Positions 1-9,850 of a stretch of 64,000 nucleotides of DNA are shown here, one piece after another. Position 1 is the first letter of the stretch. Every line of letters starts with the position of its first letter. The notes beneath the pieces were generated by a model. It was not told the DNA's origin. It made no database searches and was given only the letters and a program-made list of their open reading frames with translations. This stretch comes from an uncultured bacterium (GTDB taxonomy: Bacteria; Verrucomicrobiota; Verrucomicrobiia; Limisphaerales; UBA8199), in NCBI GenBank assembly GCA_963749495.1, contig CAVVMW010000005.1, positions 1-64,000 on the forward strand, in the 5' to 3' direction. Made by a program: the position numbers and the translations under genes.

Positions 1-170
1 CCCCGCACAATTTGTGGGTGAAACATCTGGACACGTGTTCAGTTCGGAGGGTTGACGTTGGTGAGTTGGGCGGTCGTGGAACATCCCGCGGCACGCTCCG
101 CGACGAATCGAGCGGCCTAACGGCCGGAGAAGGACTTCAAGCAATTCCGGCGCGGCCAGGGTATGGCTCC

Positions 171-243
171 GGGCGGGGCTGTCAAGGTATTGCTCGCCAC
201 GTGCCCTCGTGCCCTGCTGCGCTCCACCTTGACAGCCCCGCCC
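171..243. repeat. 18-bp perfect inverted repeat in the ISL3 leader
   Basis: gggcggggctgtcaaggt (171-188) / accttgacagccccgccc (226-243); TTGACA lies in the right arm. Confidence 0.85.
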
Positions 244-393
244 TCCGCCATGATGCGCCGCTAAGGAATTGCTGGTGAAGGTGTGCTTGGCTCGGAGGGC
301 TGCCCAGCGCCACAAAGCGATAGCTGATCTGCCTGGCTTGCGGTAGCCTGCGAGATGTGAAAAGCACGCCCGCCACCGAGCGGCAGACCAGCT

Positions 394-1668
394 ATGCAAT
401 TGAAGGTTAAGACGGTTCTCAACGACATTCAACACTTTGTGGGCTTCGTTTACCAGGACATCCGCTTGTGCCGGGACCGCCGAGGCCGTGGCCGGCGGCT
501 CGAAATCACCCTCCAACCCCATGGCGGCATTCCCGCCAAGTGCTCCCGGTGCCTGCAGCCAGTCCCCGGCTATGATCAGTTGCCCCAGCGGTCCTGGCTG
601 TTTCCGCCGATGTGGGGCGTCAAGACCTATTTCCTCTACCCCCCGCGGCGGGTCAATTGTCCGCAGGACGGGGTGGTCGTCGAGCATATCCCCTGGAGCC
701 AGGGCAAGCGGCCGGTGACGACGGCGATGATGGGCCTCTTGGCCCGGTGGGCCCGGCGGCTGTCCTGGAAGGAAACCGCCCAGGCCTTCCACACCAGTTG
801 GGAGGCCGTCTACCGTTCGGTGCAGTGGTTCGTCCAATGGGGTTTGGAGCACCGGCGCCTGGAGGGTGTGGAGGCCATCGGAGTGGACGAGATCCATTGG
901 GGCAAGGGCCAGAAGGCCGACAACTTCCTGACGGTGATTTACCAGATTGACCCCCACTGTCGGCGCTTGCTGTGGCTGGGTCGGCGGCGCACTCAAGCCA
1001 CGTTGCGGCGGGGCTTGGCAGAATTGGGAGCCCCGGTGGTCAGCGCTCTGAAGTATGTGTGCAGCGACATGTGGAAGCCCTACCTGAAGGTGATCGCGGC
1101 CAAGATACCGCAGGCGCTCAACGTGCTGGACCGCTTTCATATCGTGGGGCACCTCAACGAGGCGGTGGACGAGGTGCGCCGGGGCGAGCAGTCGCGCTTG
1201 CACGGCCGGCCCCTGGCTCAGCGGCTCAAGGGCATGCGCTGGCAGTTGTTGCGCCGGGGCAGCCGGGTGCGGGGCCGTGCCCGCTCCAAGCTCAACGCCC
1301 TGTTGGCCAGCAAGCTGGCGACGGCACGGGCCTGGAACCTCAAGGAGAGCTTCGACTACCTTTGGCACTACCGTTCTCCGATCTATGTGGTGGCCTATCT
1401 GGGTTATTGGTGCGCTCGAGCCATGCGCAGCCGGCTCGAACCAATGAAGAAGGTGGCCCGGATGCTGCGCGCCCATGAGCCGTTGATCTTGAATTGGTTC
1501 GAGGCCAAAGGTGAGCTCTCCAGCGCCGCCGTCGAGGGCCTGAACAACAAGATTCGAGTGGTAACCAGACGATCTTACGGCTTCCGCACCTATCCAGCCA
1601 TGGAATTGGCCCTGTATCATTGCCTTGGCCGCTTACCTGAGCCTCGACTTACCCATACATTCTGCTGA
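394..1668 (+). CDS. ISL3-family transposase
   Basis: 424 aa. N-terminal zinc finger (CSRC...RRVNCP), GVDE, VCSDMWKPY, DRFH and EGLNNKIR..RRSYGFR motifs of DDE_Tnp_ISL3. Confidence 0.95.
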   Translation: MQLKVKTVLNDIQHFVGFVYQDIRLCRDRRGRGRRLEITLQPHGGIPAKCSRCLQPVPGYDQLPQRSWLFPPMWGVKTYFLYPPRRVNCPQDGVVVEHIPWSQGKRPVTTAMMGLLARWARRLSWKETAQAFHTSWEAVYRSVQWFVQWGLEHRRLEGVEAIGVDEIHWGKGQKADNFLTVIYQIDPHCRRLLWLGRRRTQATLRRGLAELGAPVVSALKYVCSDMWKPYLKVIAAKIPQALNVLDRFHIVGHLNEAVDEVRRGEQSRLHGRPLAQRLKGMRWQLLRRGSRVRGRARSKLNALLASKLATARAWNLKESFDYLWHYRSPIYVVAYLGYWCARAMRSRLEPMKKVARMLRAHEPLILNWFEAKGELSSAAVEGLNNKIRVVTRRSYGFRTYPAMELALYHCLGRLPEPRLTHTFC

Positions 1669-1673
1669 CCAGT

Positions 1674-2402
1674 CCCTTTAACTGGACGAATGCCACGAAA
1701 AGGAGCTACACCAAATTTGAAGATAAATACGGGGGACATCGGCGTGACCAACTGATGGCCGAACATGTGCTGAGCAAGTTCAAGCAACTGCGGCAGGCTG
1801 ACGGCCAAGCCAAAGCCCTGGTCATCATGAACTATCGCCATGCCTTTCCCGAACTCAGGGCCTTCGCCAGAACGGAGCAAAACACCGGCGCATTCCTGAT
1901 GCGGGCCTATCCCGGCCGGGTGGCCAATGTGCTGATAAACACCGTGGCCCCGGAACCGCATTGGGCCCAACAGCCCATTAACCATGACCGTGAGGCGGTC
2001 ATGATCCCCGTGCAGGACGGGAAGTGGGATGCCGCCTTTGCCGTGCTGGGCAATCCCAACCTGGGTTTTGACTTCAACGGCTCGCCGCTGGGGGAGGATG
2101 CGTTCGACCTGTTTCCTTTTCGGCGCATCGAAGCCCGGTATCGGGAGGTCTTCACCGGGTTTGTCTTCTATAAGCCCCTCCGGGAGCACCGGGTCTCAGT
2201 CGGGTTCCCCAAAGGGGTGTTGGACGAAGCGCTGGCCGATGAGCTGCTCAGGCGCTCGCGGCTTTGGGGCGGGGACGCGTTCGACTCCAGGAAGGACACC
2301 GAGAATTACTATGGGACGATTCGGGTTTTTCCTTACGAGTCCGAATCAAATTATGGAAAAATGATTCGGCGGTGGCTGGATACGTCCGCGGCGCTCCGCT
2401 GA
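1674..2402 (+). pseudogene. 3' part of a hypothetical gene interrupted by ISL3
   Basis: The 1755..2402 frame stays open upstream to the IS end (PFNWTNATKRSYTKFEDKYGGHRRDQLMAEH), so the 5' part is probably left of the IS. Confidence 0.65.
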
Positions 2403-2473
2403 CGCACTTTCATTTGCGCTTCATTCCAGTCAACGGATAGCCTTGCCGCAGCCCCTGCCGAGCCCGGAGGCGC

Positions 2474-3883
2474 TCAGGGGGCTGTGGGCGTTCGCAGGCG
2501 CTCGTGTTCCCATTGTTCGAGGTTGCTTTTCGAATACATGAACCGTTGCTGGCAAGAACCATCGGCCATGCCATACACCCTGCCCCACCTCCCATCATGC
2601 GTGCGCCGGAGCTCCCGCTCGCGCATGACGATAGTGTTCGCGGCACTCTCGTTGGTCAGATCATTCAGAGAGCCCTGATAGACTATCTCGAACTGATCGG
2701 TGGACAGGTTCGTTTGGGCCTTGGCCTCGTTCCCCAGATAGGCCGCCGCCTGATCAAAGTTGCTCGGGCACTGGCCTTGGTTTTCCTTGGCGTAGAGGCG
2801 AAGGGCCACCATCCACTCCTTGGTGAATGCCACCCTGGCAATCATCTCCTGCTGCTCTCCTTCCAATGCCTTATCCGCGTCCTCTGCCGACTGTCCGGAC
2901 GGTGGCGACGGCGTGGTCCCGGGCACGCGATTGGTGACCTGAGCCAGCTGGTCTCGCAGAGCAGTCACCTGCGCCCGGAGGCGCAACAACTCGCTGAGTT
3001 GCTCCCGGGCTATTGCCGGCTCGACCTGGGCCTGTGGCCGGGCCACCGCCGCCTCTTGCTCCATGGCTTCCACCCGAGAGCGCAGGGACTCGTTTTCCTT
3101 TCGCATCACGGCCTGAGACCGATGATCCACCACCAGATGGAGACTGGCTGCCGCCCCGATGACGATTCCCGCCAAAGCGAGTTTCATTTTTGTCATGGTC
3201 ATAAAACTGATGACGGTGAAGGCTTCTCCTCCCCCAGCCGCCGCCCCGGCCACTGCCGCGGAAGCAATCCCCGCCGCCAAACACGCGGGAGCGGCGCTCA
3301 CCGCCTCCGCCGCCAGGGTGGATTCCAGGGCGGCAACCGAGAAAGTCACTCCACGGCGCGCCAGAATGGAATGCAACCGCTCCAGCGCACGATTTACCCT
3401 CATGCGTGCGGCGTCGTCGGTCGTGCCCAACGCCTCGCCTATCGAGCGGAAATCGCGCTGCTCGTAGAATCGCAAGACAATCGCAATGCGGTCCTTGCCT
3501 CCAAGCCGGCAGACGGCCTGATCCAGCATCGGGGCAATCCGATCCACAATACCGTTCGAGTCATCGTCGAGCGCATTCATTTCCACCGCCTGCCTCTCTC
3601 GCGCTTTTCGGCGCACCTCCGCGCGGACCGCCTTGCTGGCCAAATAGCAAGTGTGGCGGTGCAACCATCCGCCCAGAACGACGCCCCTGGGGAGCGAGCG
3701 CGCGCCGCGGGCCAGGGCCAGAAACACCGTCTGGGCCACGTCCTCCGCCAGGTGCGAGTCGCCGCCGACCACCCGAAGGGCGGTGGAATAGACCAGATTG
3801 ACATGCCGCGAGACCAACTCACGGAAGGCCGATTCCGAACCGGTCCTCGCGTATTCGCCCAGCAATGTCAGGCTGTCAGTCAT
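2474..3883 (-). CDS. ECF sigma-70 factor with membrane-anchored C-terminal extension
   Basis: MTDSLTLLGEYARTGSESAFRELVSRHVNLVYSTALR; region 2 AEDVAQTVF; region 4 LRFYEQRDFRSIGEALG..AARMRVNRALERL; then Ala-rich linker, TM segment, coiled coil and C-terminal domain. Confidence 0.9.
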   Translation of the reverse strand: MTDSLTLLGEYARTGSESAFRELVSRHVNLVYSTALRVVGGDSHLAEDVAQTVFLALARGARSLPRGVVLGGWLHRHTCYLASKAVRAEVRRKARERQAVEMNALDDDSNGIVDRIAPMLDQAVCRLGGKDRIAIVLRFYEQRDFRSIGEALGTTDDAARMRVNRALERLHSILARRGVTFSVAALESTLAAEAVSAAPACLAAGIASAAVAGAAAGGGEAFTVISFMTMTKMKLALAGIVIGAAASLHLVVDHRSQAVMRKENESLRSRVEAMEQEAAVARPQAQVEPAIAREQLSELLRLRAQVTALRDQLAQVTNRVPGTTPSPPSGQSAEDADKALEGEQQEMIARVAFTKEWMVALRLYAKENQGQCPSNFDQAAAYLGNEAKAQTNLSTDQFEIVYQGSLNDLTNESAANTIVMRERELRRTHDGRWGRVYGMADGSCQQRFMYSKSNLEQWEHERLRTPTAP

Positions 3884-4250
3884 CGTCTGCTCGCCATTTA
3901 GAACCCGCAAGACGGCAAAACCGAACAAAAAAAGAAGTCCCTGCCGGCCAAAGACACTGATCGGAGAATCCTGAGTTTCCCAGTGCGTCTGCCACACCGG
4001 AGGCTGCCATGGTCAAATTCAATTCCGAAGAGGATTCTCCGCGTGTTCGGACGAAGTTACCGCCTAGCTCAAGCGGCGAGGAACTCAATGCCAGAGGGCC
4101 AGCCGAGCGAGTTAGGGTGCCCCCGGGGGGAGGATTCGGAGCGATGTGCGGCTGGCTATGGCATCCAAGTGGTCGCGGGGCCATCCGTAGCGCCCAGCCC
4201 GGCCAAATCAGACCGGGCGGCCAGGGTCACGGCGCCTTTTAGCTGGGTGG

Positions 4251-4284
4251 ATACTCGCCATGAGTATGCGCAGTTGCCGCCTCA
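4251..4284 (-). promoter_or_regulatory. Candidate SECIS-like hairpin downstream of in-frame UGA
   Basis: UGA (4282-4284), then 14 nt, then the stem-loop AUACUC-AUGGC-GAGUAU. Confidence 0.5.
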
Positions 4285-5691
4285 GCCAAACTCGAATTGG
4301 CCCTCGCCCACCGATTTGTTCCCCTGCCGAATCGCCAGCCGTGGCGGGTCTCTTTCGTCGTGGAAGGCCAGATGAAAACCGATGCCGTCGGCATTGACCA
4401 GCCGATACGAGAGCGAGACGGAATCCCCGTTGGCCTGGCTCACTTCGACCATCTGCCGCAATGGAGCGCCGGCCTTAAAGACAGCCGCGTTGGCTTCGGT
4501 AACGGCCATCCGGTTGGTGCCGAGCCCAATGGCGGTGTTGGTGCCTCCGTCGCATTGAAGCCACACAAGCTGGCGCGCGTAAGCACCCACGGGCACCCGC
4601 ACTTCGCCAACAGGCCCATCAATCACCGCGGTGAATGGGTCTGCCGAACCGCAGCCGTCCAGCACGAGGCGGCGGATGAAGTCGCCCTCCACCCGCACCC
4701 GCCCCAGCGCCACGGAGGTCGGCTCGAAGCTCAGTTCGAGGTCCGCGGGAGCGCCGTGGCCCGCCTCGACCCGGCACTGCAACCGGTAAGCCTGATCCTG
4801 AAAGAAGAGCTTGGCTGGCAGGTTGAAGGCGTCGAAGACCTTGGCGTTGCCGGCATAACGATAGGGGAAAGTGACCAGCTTGACATGGCTCAGGCTCTCC
4901 ACGTAGCGCTGGGTTGCGTGCCACCAGAGAAACGGTTTGTCCTTCTCCGCCCAAGGCCGCAGGATCAGCCGGCTGGTGATCTCTTTGAGTGAGGCGGCAG
5001 GCCCGAGCCGGCCATCCGGCTTGCCGATGACCGCCACATACGATTTCTTGCCGCTGAGTTCCACAGTCCCCTCCCAGAGCGAGCGGACATAGAGGAACAC
5101 CCTTGGAATCCCGCCCTGCTCGAAGACATGCGCATCCACCCTCACCTGATACGGGCCCTCCGGGGAGGGGAACTCCAGCCGCAGCCCGCGATAGAGTTGA
5201 ACGCCGGTGCCCGTGCCGACGAATACGCCGGCCGAGTCATCGGTGAGGTCCCGGTTGCGGTTGAGATCCAGGTAAAGACGCTGCGCAGAGGAGTCCCAGG
5301 CGAACGGCAGGAACAGGTTGGTGCTCGGTCCCAGGCAGAAGCGTCCCCGGAAGACACCTCCGCGTGACAGCGCCGGCTCTTTCGTGAACCGTTCACCAAG
5401 TTCCACTTTGATTTCCCAAGCCAGGGGCGAAAAACCAACCTCGCGGTATTGCAGATGCGCAACCGTTGCGAGCGAAGCTGGCTGAGCCCCTTGGCACGAG
5501 AAGGCCAGGAACAGCATGAATACAGCGAAGAGGGACAAGAATCCGCTTCTCGACCCTGTGCCATGTTGCGGTGTTCCGCCAGGAATGGAGATTTGGTGTA
5601 GTCCGCTCATTCCAGGCCGCACGGTGGCAGAAGGCCATGATCGGGTCAAGGCTGCTCTACGATTGTAGCCGTTGGACCAGGAGGTTTTCAA
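4282..5691 (-). CDS. Secreted hypothetical protein, candidate selenoprotein (readthrough would extend it to 4156)
   Basis: Signal-like segment FLSLFAVFMLFLAFSC and LYLDLNRNRDLTDD motif. Ends GQFEFG-UGA, followed in frame by GGNCAYSWRV. Start codon uncertain. Confidence 0.75.
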   Translation of the reverse strand: MKTSWSNGYNRRAALTRSWPSATVRPGMSGLHQISIPGGTPQHGTGSRSGFLSLFAVFMLFLAFSCQGAQPASLATVAHLQYREVGFSPLAWEIKVELGERFTKEPALSRGGVFRGRFCLGPSTNLFLPFAWDSSAQRLYLDLNRNRDLTDDSAGVFVGTGTGVQLYRGLRLEFPSPEGPYQVRVDAHVFEQGGIPRVFLYVRSLWEGTVELSGKKSYVAVIGKPDGRLGPAASLKEITSRLILRPWAEKDKPFLWWHATQRYVESLSHVKLVTFPYRYAGNAKVFDAFNLPAKLFFQDQAYRLQCRVEAGHGAPADLELSFEPTSVALGRVRVEGDFIRRLVLDGCGSADPFTAVIDGPVGEVRVPVGAYARQLVWLQCDGGTNTAIGLGTNRMAVTEANAAVFKAGAPLRQMVEVSQANGDSVSLSYRLVNADGIGFHLAFHDERDPPRLAIRQGNKSVGEGQFEFG

Positions 5692-5784
5692 TCAGCATGT
5701 TGGTTTCGACGCGTTCACGATTTGGACGATTCCTTTTCGCCGGTTGGCCCGTCCCCGCTGATCCCGAACCGCCGGCAGGCCAAG

Positions 5785-7047
5785 TCACCGGTCAGGCAAC
5801 CCCCACACCTCGACTTCGGTATAGCGGTTGAGCGGGTTCAGGTTGCTGCCGTTGGTGTAACAGCGAACGTAGCGGCCTCGGACGCCCCTCGCATCGATCA
5901 ACTTCCCATTGGCCACCTCGTAATACTGCTCGTCGGCGCCCGCCCCAAGGCCAAGGAGGTTGGCATAATCATTGTTGAAAACCGTGTGAACATTCGAGGT
6001 GAATTGGGCGTTGTCGGCGGTTTGGACGACTACGCACCGAAAGACCTCGTTGTCGTTCTGGACGTGCCAAACCGCAATGGCGAATATCTGGCAAACCCGC
6101 TCGAGGTCAATCTGGACCCATTGCTTGCCCGCGGGAATCTCCACTACGGCGTTGTCGCCCGGCCCTTTGTCGCCATCGGTGACCTTGAAGACAGGCCCTG
6201 AAAACCCGGGGCTGACACTGCTGGTAACACGCTTGTGCAGGGCCAGGTTCGTCACACCCACAGGGGCCAGGAAGGGAGGGCGCGGCTGGGGACCCCGCCA
6301 CGGTTCCGTGTGCGGGTCCAGATCGTCGCGATGGGGAGCGCGAGGCAAGGCCAGCCTCGGACGCATTAAAGGAATGGGCGCAAGTTTGGTCGCGCTGGCA
6401 CCAGTTGCCGAAGAGGATTCGGTCTCCACTGAGGGAGACGCAACACCCTTCGTGGCGAACAGCATGCGGCCATGCTGCGCGTCCACCAGCGCGCGGAAAG
6501 AGAAGGCGGAGTCGTAGTCGCCGGTAACCGGTCGAAACCGGCCGCCTGGATCGGCCTTTAGAAAGGCCAAATAAGTCGGCGGGGACCGCCCGAGTTCCTG
6601 TCCGCTCGTTGTCGGGCCCACGGTATTCCCTTGGACGGAGATGACCGCGAGTCGCTCGGGTGGCAGAACGAAATAGATGAAATTGCCGCCGTCCGGTTCA
6701 AAGGCGCCTACTCTATCCTGGGACTTGAACGCAAAGTGCATCACCGTGAGGGAGCCTTGCATGAAGCCGCCCTCCCGAAAGCCATTCGGCTCCCCCTTCG
6801 CCTTGAAGACCCCCAAAACCCGGCAACGGGTGTTCAGCCCCTGGTAATACTCTGGCGACCTCCGCCCGTCCGTGGCGGGCGGCATTGGGTCGTTGGTGCG
6901 CTCGGTTGATTCCGGAGCGATCACCGCGATCAAGTCGGCCATTTCCCAAACCTCGGTCAGACTGGGAATGCGCACCGGACGGGCGACGGCACCGCTGAAG
7001 GTCGCGAGCATCAACGAGATTACGAGGAACTGAAGATGCGATTTCAT
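5785..7047 (-). CDS. Secreted protein with C-terminal discoidin (F5/8 type C)-like domain
   Basis: Signal peptide; TNLALHKRVTSS, TDGDK, WVQIDLE, GRYVR and EVEVWG motifs. Confidence 0.8.
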   Translation of the reverse strand: MKSHLQFLVISLMLATFSGAVARPVRIPSLTEVWEMADLIAVIAPESTERTNDPMPPATDGRRSPEYYQGLNTRCRVLGVFKAKGEPNGFREGGFMQGSLTVMHFAFKSQDRVGAFEPDGGNFIYFVLPPERLAVISVQGNTVGPTTSGQELGRSPPTYLAFLKADPGGRFRPVTGDYDSAFSFRALVDAQHGRMLFATKGVASPSVETESSSATGASATKLAPIPLMRPRLALPRAPHRDDLDPHTEPWRGPQPRPPFLAPVGVTNLALHKRVTSSVSPGFSGPVFKVTDGDKGPGDNAVVEIPAGKQWVQIDLERVCQIFAIAVWHVQNDNEVFRCVVVQTADNAQFTSNVHTVFNNDYANLLGLGAGADEQYYEVANGKLIDARGVRGRYVRCYTNGSNLNPLNRYTEVEVWGLPDR

Positions 7048-7303
7048 GCTGACAGAGTAGCGATGTGGAATCCGCGGTCCATCCTCTTTTCCTGCGCCAA
7101 GGGTCTATTCGTGTGCGCAAAGTCGGTTGCCGCCCACTACCCGCTCCACAATCGGCTCCTCTCTCTGCTTCACGTCATCACGCACTTCCTTCTGCTGCTT
7201 TCGTGGTGACCGGGGTAGGGTTGGTTGACCATTCCTTGCCTTTTGGAGAATGGTCTGCCGCGAAACCAGCTAACAATTCGGTCCTTCCGGTGTCGATCCT
7301 GAG

Positions 7304-8731
7304 ATGAAAGCGAATGTTGCCGTGGCAGTTGGCCCCTCTGGCGAACCTTCCATTGATGCCGCTTATGCTGCCGCACGACGAACCGCTTGCCTTTCAGGCC
7401 CGAGGCGCAAGACCCTGGCGATTGCGGCTTTAATTCTGCTGCTGAGCGGTCGAGCTTTCGCCCCAATTCTCCTGGAGTTGCCGGCGCCACAGGACGATCC
7501 GGTGGTGTGGCGGGCTGTGATGGGGTACGAGCCATCCGCATCCAATCCCTTGGACCGCCGCACGGTAGTGAAGCCGCTGGAAGAGGAATACCAGCACCTT
7601 ATCCAGACGCGGATTTTGTCCCTCACCCGCCCCGAGGCGGCCAGGTATTTCGGACCGGTGCTCATCACGGCAACGAACTTTTGGGATATGCGCGCGAGCG
7701 ATGGCGGTCCCAAGCCTCGCAAGCATCCGAATGACCTCGTCCTGCCGGTTTTCGCCAGCCGTGAGATAGGGCTTTCGGGGCTGCACTCCGCGGACCCTGC
7801 CGCGAACAAGAACCACACCGACCTGCACGCCCTTGGCGAGCTTGGTTACCTTGAGCTTTACTACGGCCATGACGGTGAGCATGTGCAGGCCGCAGTGCTC
7901 TACCACCGGGCCGACAACCATTTCGTCCCGCTCAGGTCGCCGGAGGACTTCGACGGGCGCCTGAAGTGGGACCAAGCGCGCTTCGCACTCATCAAGAAAT
8001 GGCTCGACGAGCATCTGCCCAAGGTCAAAGAGGAACCCCCGAAGGGGCGGGAACGAGCAGAGACACCAGCCGATTCCACGGAAGAGCGGGAGGGCGCCGC
8101 TCAGGTTTCGGGCGAGGGCGTCACCAATACCGTGGCTCCAAAGGAGCCGGCGTCGGTGCCAGGCTCCGCAAGTGCCTCGGCAGAGAGGCGGACCAAGGCC
8201 AAGGCGTTGATGAAAGAGGCTGATTCCCTGTCGCGCGAAGGGAGGATTCAGGAGGCCTCGGACAAGATGGATGCGGCCCTCGGTCTCAAGCCCGAGGTTG
8301 CGGGTGAGCGGACCTCTGACTGGTTGCGGTCGGTGGATGGGGAAATCAACCCGATGCCTGTCATTCAACTGCCGGGGCTTTCCGCCGCCCAGCAGCGGCG
8401 CCGTTTCGAGGACGCCGTCCGCGCCGTGGCCGGTCAGCATGGCTTCACCTGGCCGCAGTTCCTCGAGAAGACAGGTTCCTTGTGGGTGGCGGTTTGCGCG
8501 CGGCCGCGATTAAGACCGCTCTCGACGGAGAGGGAACCCATTTGGTCTTGGGACGTGTTGCAGGCTGTTTTCGAGGTGACGCCGGATCATCGCGTTACGT
8601 TGGAATTGATCCCGTTCTCCTATGGTCCCAGCAGTTGGGCAACCCTGGGGCCACGCCTCTCCATCCCGCTCGGCATCACCCGAGAACGGGCCGAAATGGG
8701 CAAGCAACTCCAGGCAGAATTGAGCCGCTGA
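7304..8731 (+). CDS. Hypothetical secreted protein
   Basis: 475-aa ORF with hydrophobic leader (TLAIAALILLLSGRAFA) and natural composition; start may lie further downstream. Confidence 0.6.
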   Translation: MKANVAVAVGPSGEPSIDAAYAAARRTACLSGPRRKTLAIAALILLLSGRAFAPILLELPAPQDDPVVWRAVMGYEPSASNPLDRRTVVKPLEEEYQHLIQTRILSLTRPEAARYFGPVLITATNFWDMRASDGGPKPRKHPNDLVLPVFASREIGLSGLHSADPAANKNHTDLHALGELGYLELYYGHDGEHVQAAVLYHRADNHFVPLRSPEDFDGRLKWDQARFALIKKWLDEHLPKVKEEPPKGRERAETPADSTEEREGAAQVSGEGVTNTVAPKEPASVPGSASASAERRTKAKALMKEADSLSREGRIQEASDKMDAALGLKPEVAGERTSDWLRSVDGEINPMPVIQLPGLSAAQQRRRFEDAVRAVAGQHGFTWPQFLEKTGSLWVAVCARPRLRPLSTEREPIWSWDVLQAVFEVTPDHRVTLELIPFSYGPSSWATLGPRLSIPLGITRERAEMGKQLQAELSR

Positions 8732-8851
8732 GGCGAAGGAGAACCTGGCCCTTCCTGCAAGGGGAAAGGCCCGCCAGGGAGCGCGATTCTGATCCGCTCC
8801 CGGTAGGCCGGTGCCTGCAAGAGACTCAAGGCCATTCCCCTTGCCGCGGGC

Positions 8852-9355
8852 TCATTGCCACCATGTTTTTCCGTCTGCCCTGATCACGGCCGGCGCGCCG
8901 GAGACGGTGTAACGCCGGCCCGATTTCCACGCCCGCGTGCGGACCAGAATCTGGAACAAACCGTCCTCGCGGGGCAGCCACCTGATTGGCGCGGACTCAA
9001 CGCGGTCATACTCTGCCCGCTTGGTGATTCCAATGACGCCGAGGTTGGCGCCCTCAATGCCGCTCACGTCCACGGGCAGGTATTTCCCGGTGTTCTGCCG
9101 CGGAAAAACAAAGATGCGTGCGCCCTTTGGCCTCGCGATAGATACCGCGACCGCCGTCTTGTTGGAATTCCATGTTCCAGCACCCAAGGCCCGGACAAGC
9201 TCACTGCTCGGTGTGTCTTGGGGCAATGCCTTGCGCGCAGCGGCCAGCAAGGCGTCATCAATTCGCGGCTGTGCCGCCCCCAGGCAAACGGTGGCAAACA
9301 GCCCGGCCAAAGCCATAACGGTCATCCGCGCCATCCTGCCAACCACCGAGCTCAT
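8852..9355 (-). CDS. Hypothetical secreted protein
   Basis: Signal peptide MTVMALAGLFATVCLGAA; true start probably 9334 or 9325. Confidence 0.6.
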   Translation of the reverse strand: MSSVVGRMARMTVMALAGLFATVCLGAAQPRIDDALLAAARKALPQDTPSSELVRALGAGTWNSNKTAVAVSIARPKGARIFVFPRQNTGKYLPVDVSGIEGANLGVIGITKRAEYDRVESAPIRWLPREDGLFQILVRTRAWKSGRRYTVSGAPAVIRADGKTWWQ

Positions 9356-9850
9356 GACCAGGTATGCTGCCCGCGACGATCCCGGATTTCAAACTATTCC
9401 GAGCGTCACTTCCAGTCGAACACTGTGGTGCTGGTGGAACGAGGAACCCACCACGGTCGCGCAGACGGATGTGCCCCGGGCCTGACCTCGTTCAGGCCGG
9501 GTATCGGCTGGGTCAAGCACCTATGGCGCAGTTTCGGCAGCCTGCGGCAGCTCGATGCCGAGGAACCGGGCGTAATAATAGAGGACGAAATGGCCATCCC
9601 CCGTTCGCCGGCAGCGCAATGGCGTGCCGCCCATGATATTGGGCGGTGTGGTCGGGAACCGATTCGGGCGCGAGTGCTAGCAGGGCCTCCCCATGGTCGC
9701 GCGGCACCACGTCCTCCTTGGAGGGGATTTGCCGCGGCCCAGCGCCCTCCGCGCTGGGCCTAGCCAAAGGACCAGTCTGCAATCCTCTAACAAAAATCGT
9801 CTCCAAGTGTCGTAGAAGCAGGACAGCGATAGACGGCGTGACGTTCACAT

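Larger units (their letters stand above)
1..1674 (+). mobile_element. ISL3-family insertion sequence (left end clipped by window start)
   Basis: Contains an ISL3 transposase. Imperfect terminal IR: ccgcacaatttgtgggt (3-19) vs reverse complement of acccatacattctgctg (1651-1667), 13/17 matches. The right IR overlaps the transposase stop. Confidence 0.85.

Noticed and set aside
2504..3901. Long antisense or alternative-frame ORFs (e.g. 2504..3901, 8855..9763, 26201..27442, 28420..30096, 45344..46534)
   Set aside because: Shadow ORFs of recognisable genes in GC-rich DNA, with no motifs of their own.
9560..9700. Minus-strand scrap NIMGGTPLRCRRTGDGHFVLYY resembling a PVC protein C-terminus
   Set aside because: Too short and frameshifted to call with support.
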